Assembly (NCBI GenBank): GCA_000004695.1 | Contig: CM000153.2 | Coordinates: 4,128,001-4,192,000 of the forward strand | DNA: 64,000 bases | Reading direction: 5' to 3' | Origin: Dictyostelium discoideum | Taxonomy: Eukaryota | In this document: piece after piece, positions 12,673 through 24,138 of the stretch | Layout: every line of letters begins with the position of its first letter | How positions within the stretch are numbered: position 1 is the stretch's first letter | Notes under the pieces: model-generated | Databases searched by the model: none | The model's input: only the letters and a program-made list of their open reading frames with translations | What the model was told of the DNA's origin: nothing | Program-made: the position numbers and the translations under genes

Positions 12673-12755
12673 ATTTTTTTAATTTTTTTTTTTTTTTTTA
12701 TCTGATCAGAATATTTTAATTTTTATTTTTTTTATTATACTTTAAATTTTGTTTA

Positions 12756-15233
12756 ATGGAGAAAGTAAAGATATTAAAAGAATACCTTGAAAATAATAAT
12801 TATACAATTATTAAAGAGCAAGTTGGACAATTAGTAAAAGATGTTCATGAAGTTGGTAGAATTCTTTATTATTTAGAATTGGATACTATTTTAATAGAAG
12901 GTGATAGTAAGCTATTAGAATGGGTGGAAATTATGTGCCCTTTACACTTTTTAATTGAAGATATTTTAAAAAACAATGATGATAGTCTTATTCAAGAAAT
13001 TCCAAGGTTAACATATCATAGTTCTTGGTTTCCAAATGGTAAATTGATTTTAAATAAACTTGCAAATCTTCCAACACCAGGTATTGTGTTGTCACAATTT
13101 TGTAATATTTTCAAAATAACTCTAAGAGAATTAAATTCTGTAAAAGAGAAAGACGAGGAATCAAATACTGAATCAGTTTTACATTTAATTGTAAATTCGA
13201 ATAATACCAAAACCGATATGAAAATCGATCAAATTAGAGAATTAGTAATGATTGGAACAAATATTAATATCATGGAGTATAATGGTATTGAACAATACAC
13301 AATTTTAGATTGTGCGGCATCAAAAAAGAATATAGAATTATTTAAAGCGTTAATTGATATGGGTGCAGGTGAAAACGCTGCTCGTTCAAATAATTTCCAA
13401 TTTTATAAAGAATTATCATATGAAACTAAAATACATATTAAACCATACATGAAGAAATTATTACAAAGAAATTTAATGGTATATAATAAACTTTGTTTTG
13501 AACAATTATTCCCAAATATTAATTATAAAATTAAAACTGCATCATATGGTATTAGATCAATTACCCATAATCAATTCAAATTATTATTTTCTGACAATAA
13601 TAATTTTCCATTTGGTAGTACAACAACAACAACAACAACTTCTACGAATACAAATAATAAATTAAAATTAATTGAAGATGAAAAATTAGGTTTAGCTATG
13701 ATAGTTGAATTTGAACCAAAATTTCCAACAATTGATAAACTAAAAAATAGATTAATTCAAGGAATTTTAGGACTTGATATTTTCTTGGAATCAGAGTTTT
13801 CATTAATTAAATTTAATAAAACAACTATTTACCCAATTTTAATTAAAGAGCATCAAGGTAGTACCAAAAATAATTTAATTTTACATGATTTAATTTTATC
13901 CAATGATACAGATAAATTGAATAATTTAGATTCTTCAAGTATTTCAAAATTAATTGTTTCCTCAATTGTAGTTAATCCAAGTGGCGGAACATTATCTGAT
14001 TTTATAGTTTCACTAATTGGTGATGAAAATAATAAACATGCTCAAAAATATAAATTAATTCCAATTAATACAGGTTCAGCATTTTCAGCAGCTGATAAGG
14101 TTGGTACATTTTTATACTTTTTAAAAGAAATGAATGATACAGTTCATTCTGATGTTATAGATAAAATTGAAAAATTAGATGTACATGAGTTCTTATCAAA
14201 ATGGTTTGGCGCAATTCCCACTTATAATTTATTATCACAAAATTTAGTTTCAAATAAGAAAATATATAATATTGAGCAAGGACAAAATGAATACTATGTT
14301 GGTGCTCAATTTCAACCAGATGAAATAAGATCTTTATATTCAAAATTATTTAAATTAAAGAGTTCATTATTAAAGAAAAGAAAAAAACCAATCACTCATT
14401 GGAAATTATTAGAAATACTTGAACCTATAACCTATTACATATATAAAAAACATATTGAAAAAACATCAAATCAATCACTTATCAAAAGGTGTGAAGAATT
14501 CTACCAAAAACAAAATGTTCTACCACAACTAAGGAATTATAACCCAAATTTACAAGTTGATTATCAGATGGAAATAGATAAAATCAAAAATGAAGAAAAT
14601 TTAATTAAGAATTTAAAATCAAAATTTCCACAAAATTTAGAAAATAAGTTTTTATTTAATCAATTAACTTATATAAATGCTGAAAAGTTATTTAAATCTT
14701 TAGATTTTTCAAAATTATCAAAAGATCAATTCCCAAATTATATAAAGAATTTATTTGAAAATCAAGATGAAATTAGAAAATTCCAAATTTTAAATTGTAA
14801 ATTTTTTACAACAGATAATTTATTAAATTCAAAATTTTTAAATAGTATTACAAAGTTATCAATAGTAAATTGTTCATCTTTCAAAGGATTACATGGAAAA
14901 TCTACATATTTATTTGCCAAACTATCAACTTCTTCGGAATTTTTGAAATTGAAATCATTGGTTGAATTGAAAATTATAGGTTGTAAAGAATTTATAACTT
15001 TAAAAATTGATACACCAAATTTAAAATATCTATCAACTCGCAATTGTCCAAATTTATCTGATTTTGATGTTAAATCACCAAAATTAAAGAAATTAGAAAT
15101 TCAAGGTAATATGGTGGGTAAAATTATGTTTGATGTAATTTCAAATTTTAAAAAATTAAAATATTTAGATATTAGTAGAATTATACCACCAAAATCAAAT
15201 ATAGCAGATAATAAACCTTTAAAAAAAAATTAG
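12756..15233 (+). CDS. Paralog B of the large LRR protein. The 825-aa ORF terminates inside an A9 homopolymer, and the true product probably continues to 16792 (next feature).
   Basis: Seen: the ORF is colinear with paralog A (shared 'VVNPSGGTLSDF', 'YKLIPINTGSAF', 'KKRKKPITHWKLLEILEP', and the CxxL LRRs 'VNCSSFKGL..IIGCKEFITLKIDTPNLKYLSTRNCPNLSDFDV..YLDISRIIPP'). It ends 'NKPLKKN*' with TAG at 15231-33, immediately after the A9 run at 15221..15229. Confidence 0.75.
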   Translation: MEKVKILKEYLENNNYTIIKEQVGQLVKDVHEVGRILYYLELDTILIEGDSKLLEWVEIMCPLHFLIEDILKNNDDSLIQEIPRLTYHSSWFPNGKLILNKLANLPTPGIVLSQFCNIFKITLRELNSVKEKDEESNTESVLHLIVNSNNTKTDMKIDQIRELVMIGTNINIMEYNGIEQYTILDCAASKKNIELFKALIDMGAGENAARSNNFQFYKELSYETKIHIKPYMKKLLQRNLMVYNKLCFEQLFPNINYKIKTASYGIRSITHNQFKLLFSDNNNFPFGSTTTTTTTSTNTNNKLKLIEDEKLGLAMIVEFEPKFPTIDKLKNRLIQGILGLDIFLESEFSLIKFNKTTIYPILIKEHQGSTKNNLILHDLILSNDTDKLNNLDSSSISKLIVSSIVVNPSGGTLSDFIVSLIGDENNKHAQKYKLIPINTGSAFSAADKVGTFLYFLKEMNDTVHSDVIDKIEKLDVHEFLSKWFGAIPTYNLLSQNLVSNKKIYNIEQGQNEYYVGAQFQPDEIRSLYSKLFKLKSSLLKKRKKPITHWKLLEILEPITYYIYKKHIEKTSNQSLIKRCEEFYQKQNVLPQLRNYNPNLQVDYQMEIDKIKNEENLIKNLKSKFPQNLENKFLFNQLTYINAEKLFKSLDFSKLSKDQFPNYIKNLFENQDEIRKFQILNCKFFTTDNLLNSKFLNSITKLSIVNCSSFKGLHGKSTYLFAKLSTSSEFLKLKSLVELKIIGCKEFITLKIDTPNLKYLSTRNCPNLSDFDVKSPKLKKLEIQGNMVGKIMFDVISNFKKLKYLDISRIIPPKSNIADNKPLKKN

Positions 15234-16792
15234 ATTTAAGAAATTGGGAATTCCTTGAAATTTTAATAGCAAATAATGTAACGGCAATTGAAAAAATTAA
15301 AATTTCAAATAATAAAAAGTTAAAAGTTTTAGATTTAGATGGTTGTTCTTCATTATCAAAAATTTCAAGTGATTGTTGTTGTAATGTTTTAGAAACATTA
15401 AAAACGAATAATACAATTATTAAAAATGATAATACTCAACTATTAACAGAATTAAATAATAGTAAAACGATATTTATCTATGGTGATTGTAATACTAAAA
15501 ATCAATTAAAATCAATAATTATTAAAAAAACACAACAATATTTAATTATAAATGAAAAACTTTATAAATTAAAATTTGAATGTGAAAATTATGATAATCA
15601 AACTATTCCAAAATCAAATGATTCAATCTTATTTTTAATTGATGAAAGCATTCCAATAATTGATGCCAAAAATCAAATTTTTAAACTAACAAAAGAAATC
15701 AATCAATCATCAATTGTTAATGTAATCTATTTTGGTAATGATCAATCATATATAATGGTATTAGATAGTGAGGAAGTAAAAGGTGAACCTAAAATAAATA
15801 TTACTAAATTCAGTGAAAAATATGGTAAATACAAAATTCAATGCTTAAAAGAAATTATCGAGTGTTTCCTAAATAAAAAACAATTTCAACAACAATGTAT
15901 AAATATTGAACAAACTTTAACTGGAAAAATAGATAAAGAATTAAATGAAATTTATTCATCATTTGAATTAAATGAATTAAAAGTTGTTGAAATACTTAAT
16001 AAATTAGAAGGTTGGGATTACAATGAACTTTTTAAATTTTTAAATATTAAAATTAATAATATTAATATTAAAATTAATAGTAATAATAATAACAATTTAA
16101 TTATAAACTTAAAGAAATTTTATTTCATTTGTAAAATTCAAGATGGTGATAAAGTTGATTTTTCAAAAATATTAAAAGAATTAGATAGACAATTCCCTCA
16201 AATAAATAATGAAGTACTAAAGTGTAGTGAAAATGAAGGATTAATTAATTTTCAATTCACATCTACAATATTATTAACTAGAATAATTGAATCAGGTTGT
16301 TTATCATCATTTTATTGGTTTGTTAAAAGAAATCCTTTACTTTTGGATGACATTTCTTTAGATGTTGATAAAGAATTTCAGCGTGATGGAAGTCCAATCT
16401 GTTTCTTGGTTAGATATAATTGTATGGAAATAATTAGATGGTTAAAACGAAATGGTTATTTAAATGAATTAATGTTAAAAGCAGCAATATTGAAATCATG
16501 TAGTCTTGGTAAAATGAAAATAACTCAACTTTTATTAGATTTAGGTGCAGACTATACCTTTATATATAGTGATGAAGATAATTTACCATTATCACCAATT
16601 TTCTTTGCTTTAAATAGTAATAATAAAGCATTGGTAATATTACTAGTTGAAAAGTCAAAAGAAAATGGTGATCCATTATTTAAATTAAAAAATTCAAGAG
16701 GGGAATTAATCACTCTAACCTCAAAAAATCCTGAAATTAATCAATACATTTCTTTACAACAAAATAATTTTAATAGAAATAAAAATATTTAA
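15234..16792 (+). CDS. Probable C-terminal continuation of paralog B in the +1 frame, including ankyrin repeats. This is a frameshifted gene or pseudogene.
   Basis: Seen: with one extra A in the 15221-15229 run, the translation reads 'PLKKKLDLRNWEFLEILIANNV...', colinear with paralog A's 'SLDLDLWKNIEILISKDV'. It continues through ORF 15755..16792, which carries ankyrin-like repeats ('LLDLGADYTFIYSDEDNLPLSPIFFALNSNNKALVILLV', 'ICFLVRYNCMEIIRWLKRNGYLNELMLKAAILKSCSLGKMKITQLLLDLGAD'). The frame switch falls inside aligned conserved sequence, and no GT..AG intron fits. Confidence 0.6.
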
Positions 16793-17337
16793 AAATTTAA
16801 AAAACTAAAATAATAATAAAGAGTTTTTTTTTTTTTTTTTTTATAAAATCAATGATAAAATTTATAAAAAAATAAACATTTTATAAAAAAAAAAAAAAAT
16901 ATCTTTTGTAATTATTTAAATAATTCAAAAAAATGTTTTTTTTTTTTTTTTTTTTATAAAATAATGATATAGTGCGTTTTGAGCAAATTAATCATAAAAA
17001 AAAAAATTAAAAAAACTCACTCAAGTCAAACAAAAAAAAAAAAAAAAAAAAAAAAAAATAAAAAAAGGGTTTAAACTCGCTATAAAATATTAAAAAACTT
17101 TCTAAGTTAATTATTATGAATATTTTTTTTTTTATTTTAAAAATTTAAAACTATACAATAAAAATATTTTATACTAAAATTTTTTTGGAAATAAAATAAA
17201 TTGAATTTTATTTATTTATTTATTTTTATTATTATTATTATTATTATTAATATTATTATTATTATTATTTTTAAAATAAAAAAAAAATTAAAAAAGTTAT
17301 CTTTGTTTTGATAAAAGATTTTATTTTTATTTTATTT

Positions 17338-17437
17338 TATTTTTCTTTTTTTAATTTAAAAAAAAGTGGGGGAAAATATCTCCAACTATTTTTCTTTTTT
17401 TAATTTAAAAAAAAGTGGGGGAAATGTTTCACAGTTA
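17338..17437. repeat. Tandem direct repeat, 2 x ~49 bp.
   Basis: Seen: 'tttttcttttttttaatttaaaaaaaagtgggggaaaatatctccaacta' is followed by 'tttttcttttttttaatttaaaaaaaagtgggggaaatgtttcacagtt'. The G-rich core is unusual in this AT-rich context. It lies about 480 bp upstream of the transposase ATG and may be a sub-terminal repeat of the mobile element. Confidence 0.6.
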
Positions 17438-17629
17438 AAAAAAAAAAATTCACTCATTATTTTAACCAACTATAAATAAAATGAAATACAATTGGCCATA
17501 GTTTTTATAATAATAAACCATCACATCTACATTTTTGGTTAAAATGATCATTTTTTATTTTAAATAAAAAAACCACTTGCAGTTTATAATAATAAAAACA
17601 ATTAAAAAAACATAATTAATAAAACCAAA

Positions 17630-17915
17630 ATAATAATATAATTAATTATATTTATAATTGTAATAGAAATAGAAATAGAAATAGAAATAGAAATATTAAT
17701 AGCAATAGCTATATAGTAGTAATGGTAATAGTAATAGCAATAGAAATATAGTAGTAATAATTGTAATAATTGTAATAATTGTAATAATAGTAATAACAGT
17801 AATAGCAATAGAAATATAGTGGTAATAGTAATAATAGTAATAGCAATATAGTAGTAATAATAGTAACAATAGTGATAGCAATAGCAATATAGTAGTAATA
17901 ATAGTAATAATAATC
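17630..17915. repeat. Complex tandem minisatellite of AATAG(A/C/T) units.
   Basis: Seen: 'aatagaaatagaaatagaaatag...gtaataattgtaataattgtaataattgtaataatagtaataacagtaatagcaatag...'. The repeat lies directly upstream of the transposase start at 17918. It generates the spurious minus-strand ORFs at 17602..17887. Confidence 0.7.
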
Positions 17916-17917
17916 TA

Positions 17918-18646
17918 ATGAAACCTAAAAGAAGTTTAACTCACTTAATTGAGCATACTGAGAGAATATACAATGCATTAGAATATGGGGTTAGAATCGG
18001 TAATATAAGTAGAGCTGCTCGTGAAAATGGTTTGACCAGAAATCAACTCAATTATTACCGTAGAGATATCAAAGATAATAGAATTAGACAATCCCATGGC
18101 GGCTCCAGATCTCCAAGTACATTTACTACAGAACAGTATGAACTCTTGGTGGCAACTGTGGTAGCAATGGTTAATGTCCGACCTAATCTCACAATGAGGG
18201 AGATCGCCCAAGAAATTAACTCAGATCAAAATAGTATTTTTTATAAAAAGGTCAACAAATCGAGGATATGTTCAATATTCAAAGAATTAAAATGGAATTA
18301 CCACTCTCCAACCTATAAACAAGTAAGTAAAAAAGTTTTAATATATTAAATTACCAACTATTTGTTAATTTTTTTTTTTTTTTTTTAGGAAAATAAATAC
18401 AAAATTGAAAATTTATTAAAATTATTTTATTTTAATACAATAATTTACAATACTGATTGGAAAAACATTTATTTTTTAGATGAATGCTCATTTTCTTCTA
18501 GAGGTATTATATTTTATTATTTTAGATTGAATATAAATATTTATACTAATTTTTTTTTTTTTTTTTTTTAAAAAATATTTTTAATTAAATAATTGTCTTT
18601 CTTTCCATCCATTCTGAATTCCACTATTAACATTATAAGGTAATTA

Positions 18647-18701
<55 letters not shown>

Positions 18702-19268
18702 TACAAAATAAATAATTAAAACTAATAAGGTTTTTTATTAGGATTAAGGAGATCTAAAGCTGTTGGACCGATTGGAGAGCCGGTTTATGTTACCAATAGC
18801 ACCAGCATTTCTGAGACCTACAATGGGTTTTTCACCATCAGTTTGGATGATTGTTTGTATAAAATCCGTGATAAAACCAATAATACTGAAGACTTCTTTC
18901 AATATGTTAGAGAACTTTTGGAAAGTGGATTTTGCAAGCCTGGTTCATTATTGGTAATGGACAATGCTCCAATTCACGGTGGTATCGAAGCTTTAAATGC
19001 ACTATTTGAATTGTTTAATCAATATTCGGTTCAATTGATATTTCTTCCTTCCTATTCTCCAGAGTTGAATCCCATTGAGCGTTTCTTTGGCCATATCAAG
19101 AACCATTTCTACCGAGAACGTAATTCCCATGGGTCCTTCCTTGATGAGATTATTGACACCATCGATAATTCTCTAATTAAAAACAAAGAACTGTTCATTG
19201 GATTTTATCGCCAAAGCCTAAACTTCTGGTCTGAAAAAAAAAGAAATCAATACCAAAGAAAAAGGTGA
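17918..19268 (+). mobile_element. Tc1/mariner-superfamily DNA transposon transposase gene (DDE_3 type, DDT-like). CDS join(17918..18322,18389..18503,18742..19268), 348 aa. Element termini not defined.
   Basis: Seen: exon 1 encodes an HTH/paired-like N-terminus ('RAARENGLTRNQLNYYRRDIKDN...LTMREIAQEIN'), with a GTAAGT donor at 18323. Exon 2, 'ENKYKIENLLKLFYFNTIIYNTDWKNIYFLDECSFSSR', carries the first catalytic D in the 'FLDECSF' block (compare Tc1 'FSDESKF'). A GT donor lies at 18504 and the acceptor AG at 18740-41. Exon 3, 'GLRRSKAVGPIGEPVYV...LLVMDNAPIHGG...IFLPSYSPELNPIERFFGHIKN', provides the second D and the E of the DDE triad in the classic 'DNAPIH' and 'YSP(D/E)LNPIE' motifs. The 3' flank (19270-19620) has direct sub-repeats ('ttattgggataataacaaaagatattttt' twice; 'tgtttgatttg(a/g)a' twice). 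I could not identify the TIRs or a TA target-site duplication by eye. Confidence 0.8.
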
Positions 19269-19649
19269 AAAAAGAAAAATAATAAAAAAAAAAAAATAAT
19301 AAAAAAAAAAAAACAAATAAAAAAAAAAAAAAAAAAAAAAAAAAAGTGTTTGATTTGAAAAATTTAAAAAAAAAAATTAAAAAATGTTTGATTTGGATAA
19401 TCCGCACAATAAAATTATAAAAAAAAAATAAAAAAAATAAAAAAAAAACATTGTTTTGAATTATTGGGATAATAACAAAAGATATTTTTTTTTTTTACCC
19501 AGATATTTATTGGATTATTGAGATAATAGCAAAAGATATTTTTTTTTTTTTTTTTTTTTATTTATAAAAGTTGAAGGTTTTTTTTTTTTTTTTCATTCCC
19601 ATTATTTTTTTTTTACACTTAAGATTATAAAATAAATTTACACACAAAT

Positions 19650-20310
19650 AATAATAATTATGTAGATGAAAATCTATTTTGGAAAGTTTATAAAAATTTG
19701 TTTATTAGAGATTTAATATTTGATAAAATCATTTCAACAACAGTCATTTATAAATATGATGATGATAGTCTTAGTGGTGGTAAATTTATTGTACCTACTG
19801 ATAGAGCACAATATTTTAAAATATAATTTCTTTATCATGGATGATTAAAAGAAATTTATGGTCATTATTAAAGTATAAATTAATTCATAATGAAGAATTA
19901 ATTATAAAGAAAAAAGCAGTAGAATTACTATTACAAGAATGTAAACATGATAAAGATTTATTAAAATTATTCTATCAAAACAAGTATTATCAAATGAATC
20001 AAATTGATTTAATTTTAAATTCAATTAAACATTCAAATTTAATGGCATTAAAATTATTCATTGAAAAATATAATTACCAACAGATAATAATTCAATGGAT
20101 ATGGCACTAGAAATTACAAGTAGACAATATTATAGAAATGAAGAAGAACAAAAACAATCATTTGAAATTTTCCAATATTTTTGGGAAAAGAAAAAAGATA
20201 CTGTTCAATGCACTCAATCAGAGTTATTCAATCCAAATAGAAATTATAATACATATATGTTACAATTAATTTTAAATAATCCAAGTTTATATGGTGAATC
20301 TTCACAATCA

Positions 20311-20370
<60 letters not shown>

Positions 20371-22879
20371 ATTGGTTTAATGACATCAAGACAATTTTTT
20401 AATCTTGCAATTATGTCAGTAATACCTGAAAAAATTAAAATTGAATTACTTAATAGAGGATTTGTTAAAAATGAAAAAAGTATATATCGTGATGGTGATT
20501 ATATTGCTAAAACAATTCAAAAGCAATCACCATATCTTCCACAATCAGTTTATAGTTATTTAGAAAAGAGTTATCATTTGAATGAATTATATGAAAATCA
20601 TACCATTTCAGTTTTTTATTTTTTTAAAATATTAATTGAATATCCTGAAAAAGAAGATTCTCTTTCAATTTTAAAAAATTTCGTTAATGTAGCACACAAA
20701 TTTACAGATTTAGAAATTAAATCATATAAAACATTATCAATTAATCCAAAAAGTTATAAACCAAGTCAAAAAGTAGAAATTTTACAAGCTATTTCAAGTT
20801 TTCATTTTACATTGAAAATTAAGATAATAGAATCACTATTTCCGATTGATTCATTAACATTAAAATCTACACGATTCATTTTTGATAAATTAAAATATTC
20901 AATTGATAATGTTGGAACAATAGAACATGTTCCAAATGCAGAATTAATTCCACAAAGTTTTTATCATTTGAATATTATAAAAACAGCAGATGTAGATTTA
21001 CTTGACCAATTTTTAAATGAATTTCATTCAGATGCTGAAAGAAATTTAATATTTAGAATATATGATGAAAATCCATTAAATAAAGATTATTTCAAAGATT
21101 GTTCAATTCAAGATAGTGAAAAGATATCAAAACTCATCGATAGACTATCAAGTGTTAAAGAATTCAATTCAAATTCAAATTCATTTTTAAAATTGTTTAA
21201 AATCAAAACTTTTACCAATTTCGAGTGAATTATATATTTCAAGTTTATTAAAATTTAAAGAAACATCACGTAAACAAACATATATACACGCTAAAGTTTT
21301 AGACCAAGCATTATGTGATTTCTTTTCAGAAAAGAATAATTTAACATCAAATTTAACATCATTCATTAAATTCATTAATTTTAGAACTCTTGCAATTACA
21401 TATCTCATTGAAAAAGTTTTAAATTCCAATGATTTAGAACTTACAGAATTATTATTAAATACAATATGTAATAATAATAACAATAATAATAATAATGGTG
21501 CAGGTATTATAATGGCTCCAGTTTCTTTTAAAACATCCAATCCTGACATAATTAAATTAATCATTTCAAAAAGTAATTGTCATAAATTATTTGATTTTGA
21601 AGGTTTAATTGATACAGTTATTAGCGCCAGCAATGTTTGTAATATTAGTAATCCAAATACTGATTCTCAAACCATTGAATTAATTGAAATTGTTATTGAT
21701 TTTTTACATTCAAATAAAATTTATCAAAGAAATTCAAAAGAAGGATTTGGATTTGGATTTGGATTTGGATTTGGATTTGGAACAACGAATCAACAAGCTG
21801 AAAAAACAATAATTTCCAACGATGCAACAAAGATTGCACTTTTAAAGAAGAAATCCATTGAAATTTTACAACTTTTATTTAAATATAAAAACCTGTTTCA
21901 TTGGGATTCACAATTATTTCCAAAACTTCCAAAATTACCAACTATTCAATTGGATGATGAAATACTTCCAAAATCAGATAAACCAATAATGTCAATTTAT
22001 GAACACCAAGATTTAGAAGACCAAGATATATATCAATGTAGAAGAAGAAAGCCAAAAAATAAACATGGTGGTGGAAGTGGTAGAAGAAGAATTGATACCT
22101 ATGATGACACTGATTATGATGGCACCAATAACAACATTCCCTATATTGGTAGTATTGGTGGTAGTGTTTTTGCAAGTACTGAAGATTCAGTCAATGGTGG
22201 TCTTAGTAGTAGTAATAACAATAATAATGAATTAGGTAGTAATCAAAGTCAATTTATTCTTGGTGGTAATTTTACAGGTTTTAGTGTAAATTATCAGAGT
22301 AAAGATAAAAATAAGATTAGAAATCTATACAATACCAATTTCCTTGATAAATTTAAAACTCATCAAGCTCAATCAATATTTGATTCAATGGATCAATTCA
22401 ATAGAAATAATATGTTTTCATTTATACACTCGAGTAGTAGTGTTTTTCAAGATTCAATATATCATTCAATAAAGAATAGAAGAATAGATGTAATTGAAAA
22501 ATTAATAACTATTCAGATGTTTACAGATGATCATGCAAAATTAATTTATTCAGATTTTTTAAAAAGAATTATTAGAAAAGATGATGGTGTTGATTTAATA
22601 GCTTTTAAATACCTTTTTTCACATAGATTCCTCAAGATATTCAGTACAGAGTTTTTACAAACAATGTCACAAGAATTATTAATTTGTGCTGTTTCAGAAT
22701 GTTGTTTTCATCTTTGTCATTGGTTATTGTCAACAGATAATCCATGCAATGTATATGTTGAATTCTTGCCATTTAAAACAACCTATATTTTGAATGTCGA
22801 GAAAAAATTATCACATTGCGAATCACCAGTTTTCAAAGAATATATGATGAAAAAATTAAAACCTTTTATTAAATACTAA
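19650..22879 (+). pseudogene. Frame-disrupted locus encoding a Dictyostelium-specific protein. Segments: ~19650..19829, 19838..20110, 20095..21228, 21230..22879. Probable pseudogene, possibly unannotated short introns.
   Basis: Seen: four consecutive ORF pieces lie on the same strand, with neighbours always in different frames. Each junction overlaps or abuts by 40 nt or less. At the 20071-20108 junction no GT dinucleotide exists, so no intron can rescue it. At 21190-21228 only a 49-nt GTTTAA..CAAG 'intron' (21195..21243) would restore frame; it has the right length modulo 3 but is atypically short with a weak donor. The pieces include poly-N runs and a (GF)6 repeat 'EGFGFGFGFGFGFGTT'. The locus lies immediately 3' of the transposon. 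Confidence 0.5.
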
Positions 22880-23187
22880 ATAACAAAATAAAAAATAAAT
22901 CATAAAATAAAAATAAATCATAAATAAAAAAATTAAATAAATTAAAAATACACTCAATAATATCCTCATATATTCCTTTTTTTTTTTTTTTTTTTTGTTT
23001 TAAATAAATATCTATAGCAAAAAAATACGCTTTATTATTTTAGTTTTTTAAATTTTTATATATCAACTGTTTTTTAAAAAAATTAATTAAAATAAAAAAA
23101 ATAAAAAAAAATAAAAAAAAAGAAAAAATAGTGGGGTTTGGGAATTTATAATTTATAAATAGTTTTTTTTTTTTTTTTCCCAATTAA

Positions 23188-23864
23188 TTAATTAAACTTT
23201 GCATTTGAAAAATCCATATCTGGGTGTTCATTTTTAAAAGTTTCAAATATTCTTTGTTTTTCTTCTTCATCAGTTGTTGGTAAACCTTGTGCTTTTCTAT
23301 TTTGATTATATAACATTTTTTCTACCATTGCTCTAGTTTCACCATCGAAATCTGATAAAGATGAATTTTGTGGTTTAATTTGTGTAACATCAATCTCTGA
23401 TTCGCCTTGAATAATACAACTCCACCATTCTTGTCCTTTTAATTTAAATAATTCAATTTCTAAATTTTTACCACTTTCTAAATAAAAAAATAAAAATAAA
23501 AATAAAAATAAAAATAAAATAAAAATAAATGTAAGAGAGTGTTTGAAAGAGTTGTTTATTGAAAATAAAAAAAAAATAAATAAAATAAAATAAAAAAATA
23601 AAATAAAATAAAAATAAAAATAAAAATAAAATACATACCTAAAGTCCAATTACAATCTGATTTTTTAACATTTTTATATAATTTACCATCAATAATTGTA
23701 TCATTTGTTATTAGATTCTTTACTGTGAGATGGTCATTGTCAATTTTAATAAATAAATCTTTTGATTTGACTGGATTTTCCAATTTGATTGACAATGTAC
23801 AATCGTTTAATGTTTGAGACCAAGTATATCTATCACATTTATTTACTTGAGATTCTTTACTCAT
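23188..23864 (-). CDS. NudC-family CS-domain protein (171 aa). join(23188..23477,23639..23864) on the minus strand.
   Basis: Seen: exon 1 'MSKESQVNKCDRYTWSQTLNDCTLSIKLENPVKSKDLFIKIDNDHLTVKNL...KLYKNVKKSDCNWTL' is CS/p23-like. A GTATGT donor sits at 23638..23633 on the plus strand, with a phase-1 boundary. Exon 2 is '...ESGKNLEIELFKLKGQEWWSCIIQGE...MVEKMLYNQNRKAQGLPTTDEEEKQRIFETFKNEHPDMDFSNAKFN*'. Established knowledge: the C-terminal 'HP(E/D)MDFSxAKFN' is the NudC signature. Confidence 0.8.
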
Positions 23865-23908
23865 TTTTTTTATATTTTTCGTGTAATGTGAGAGTGTTTG
23901 CTTTTCTG

Positions 23909-23949
<41 letters not shown>

Positions 23950-24138
23950 TTTTAATTTTAATTTTATTTTTTTTTTTTTTTTTTTTTTATTTAATTAAGT
24001 TTGACAAAATGTGTACAAAAATCGTTGTTAAATAAAATTTTTTTTTTTTTTTTTTTATTTTTATTTTATTTTATTTTACACACACTCACATAAATATACA
24101 TATTTAAATAATAATAATAAATAAAAAAAAATAAAAAA

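Noticed and set aside
17602-17887. Two minus-strand ORFs (63 and 68 aa) rich in L/Y/I.
   Set aside because: They lie entirely inside the AATAG(N) minisatellite and are translation of a tandem repeat.
19195-19407. Minus-strand ORF 19195..19407 ('FFFFFFFFLFVFFF').
   Set aside because: It is translation of poly(A) tracts in the transposon's 3' flank.
23789-23998. Plus-strand ORF 23789..23998.
   Set aside because: It is antisense to the NudC-like exon 1 and runs into a poly(A) tract, giving a poly-K tail.
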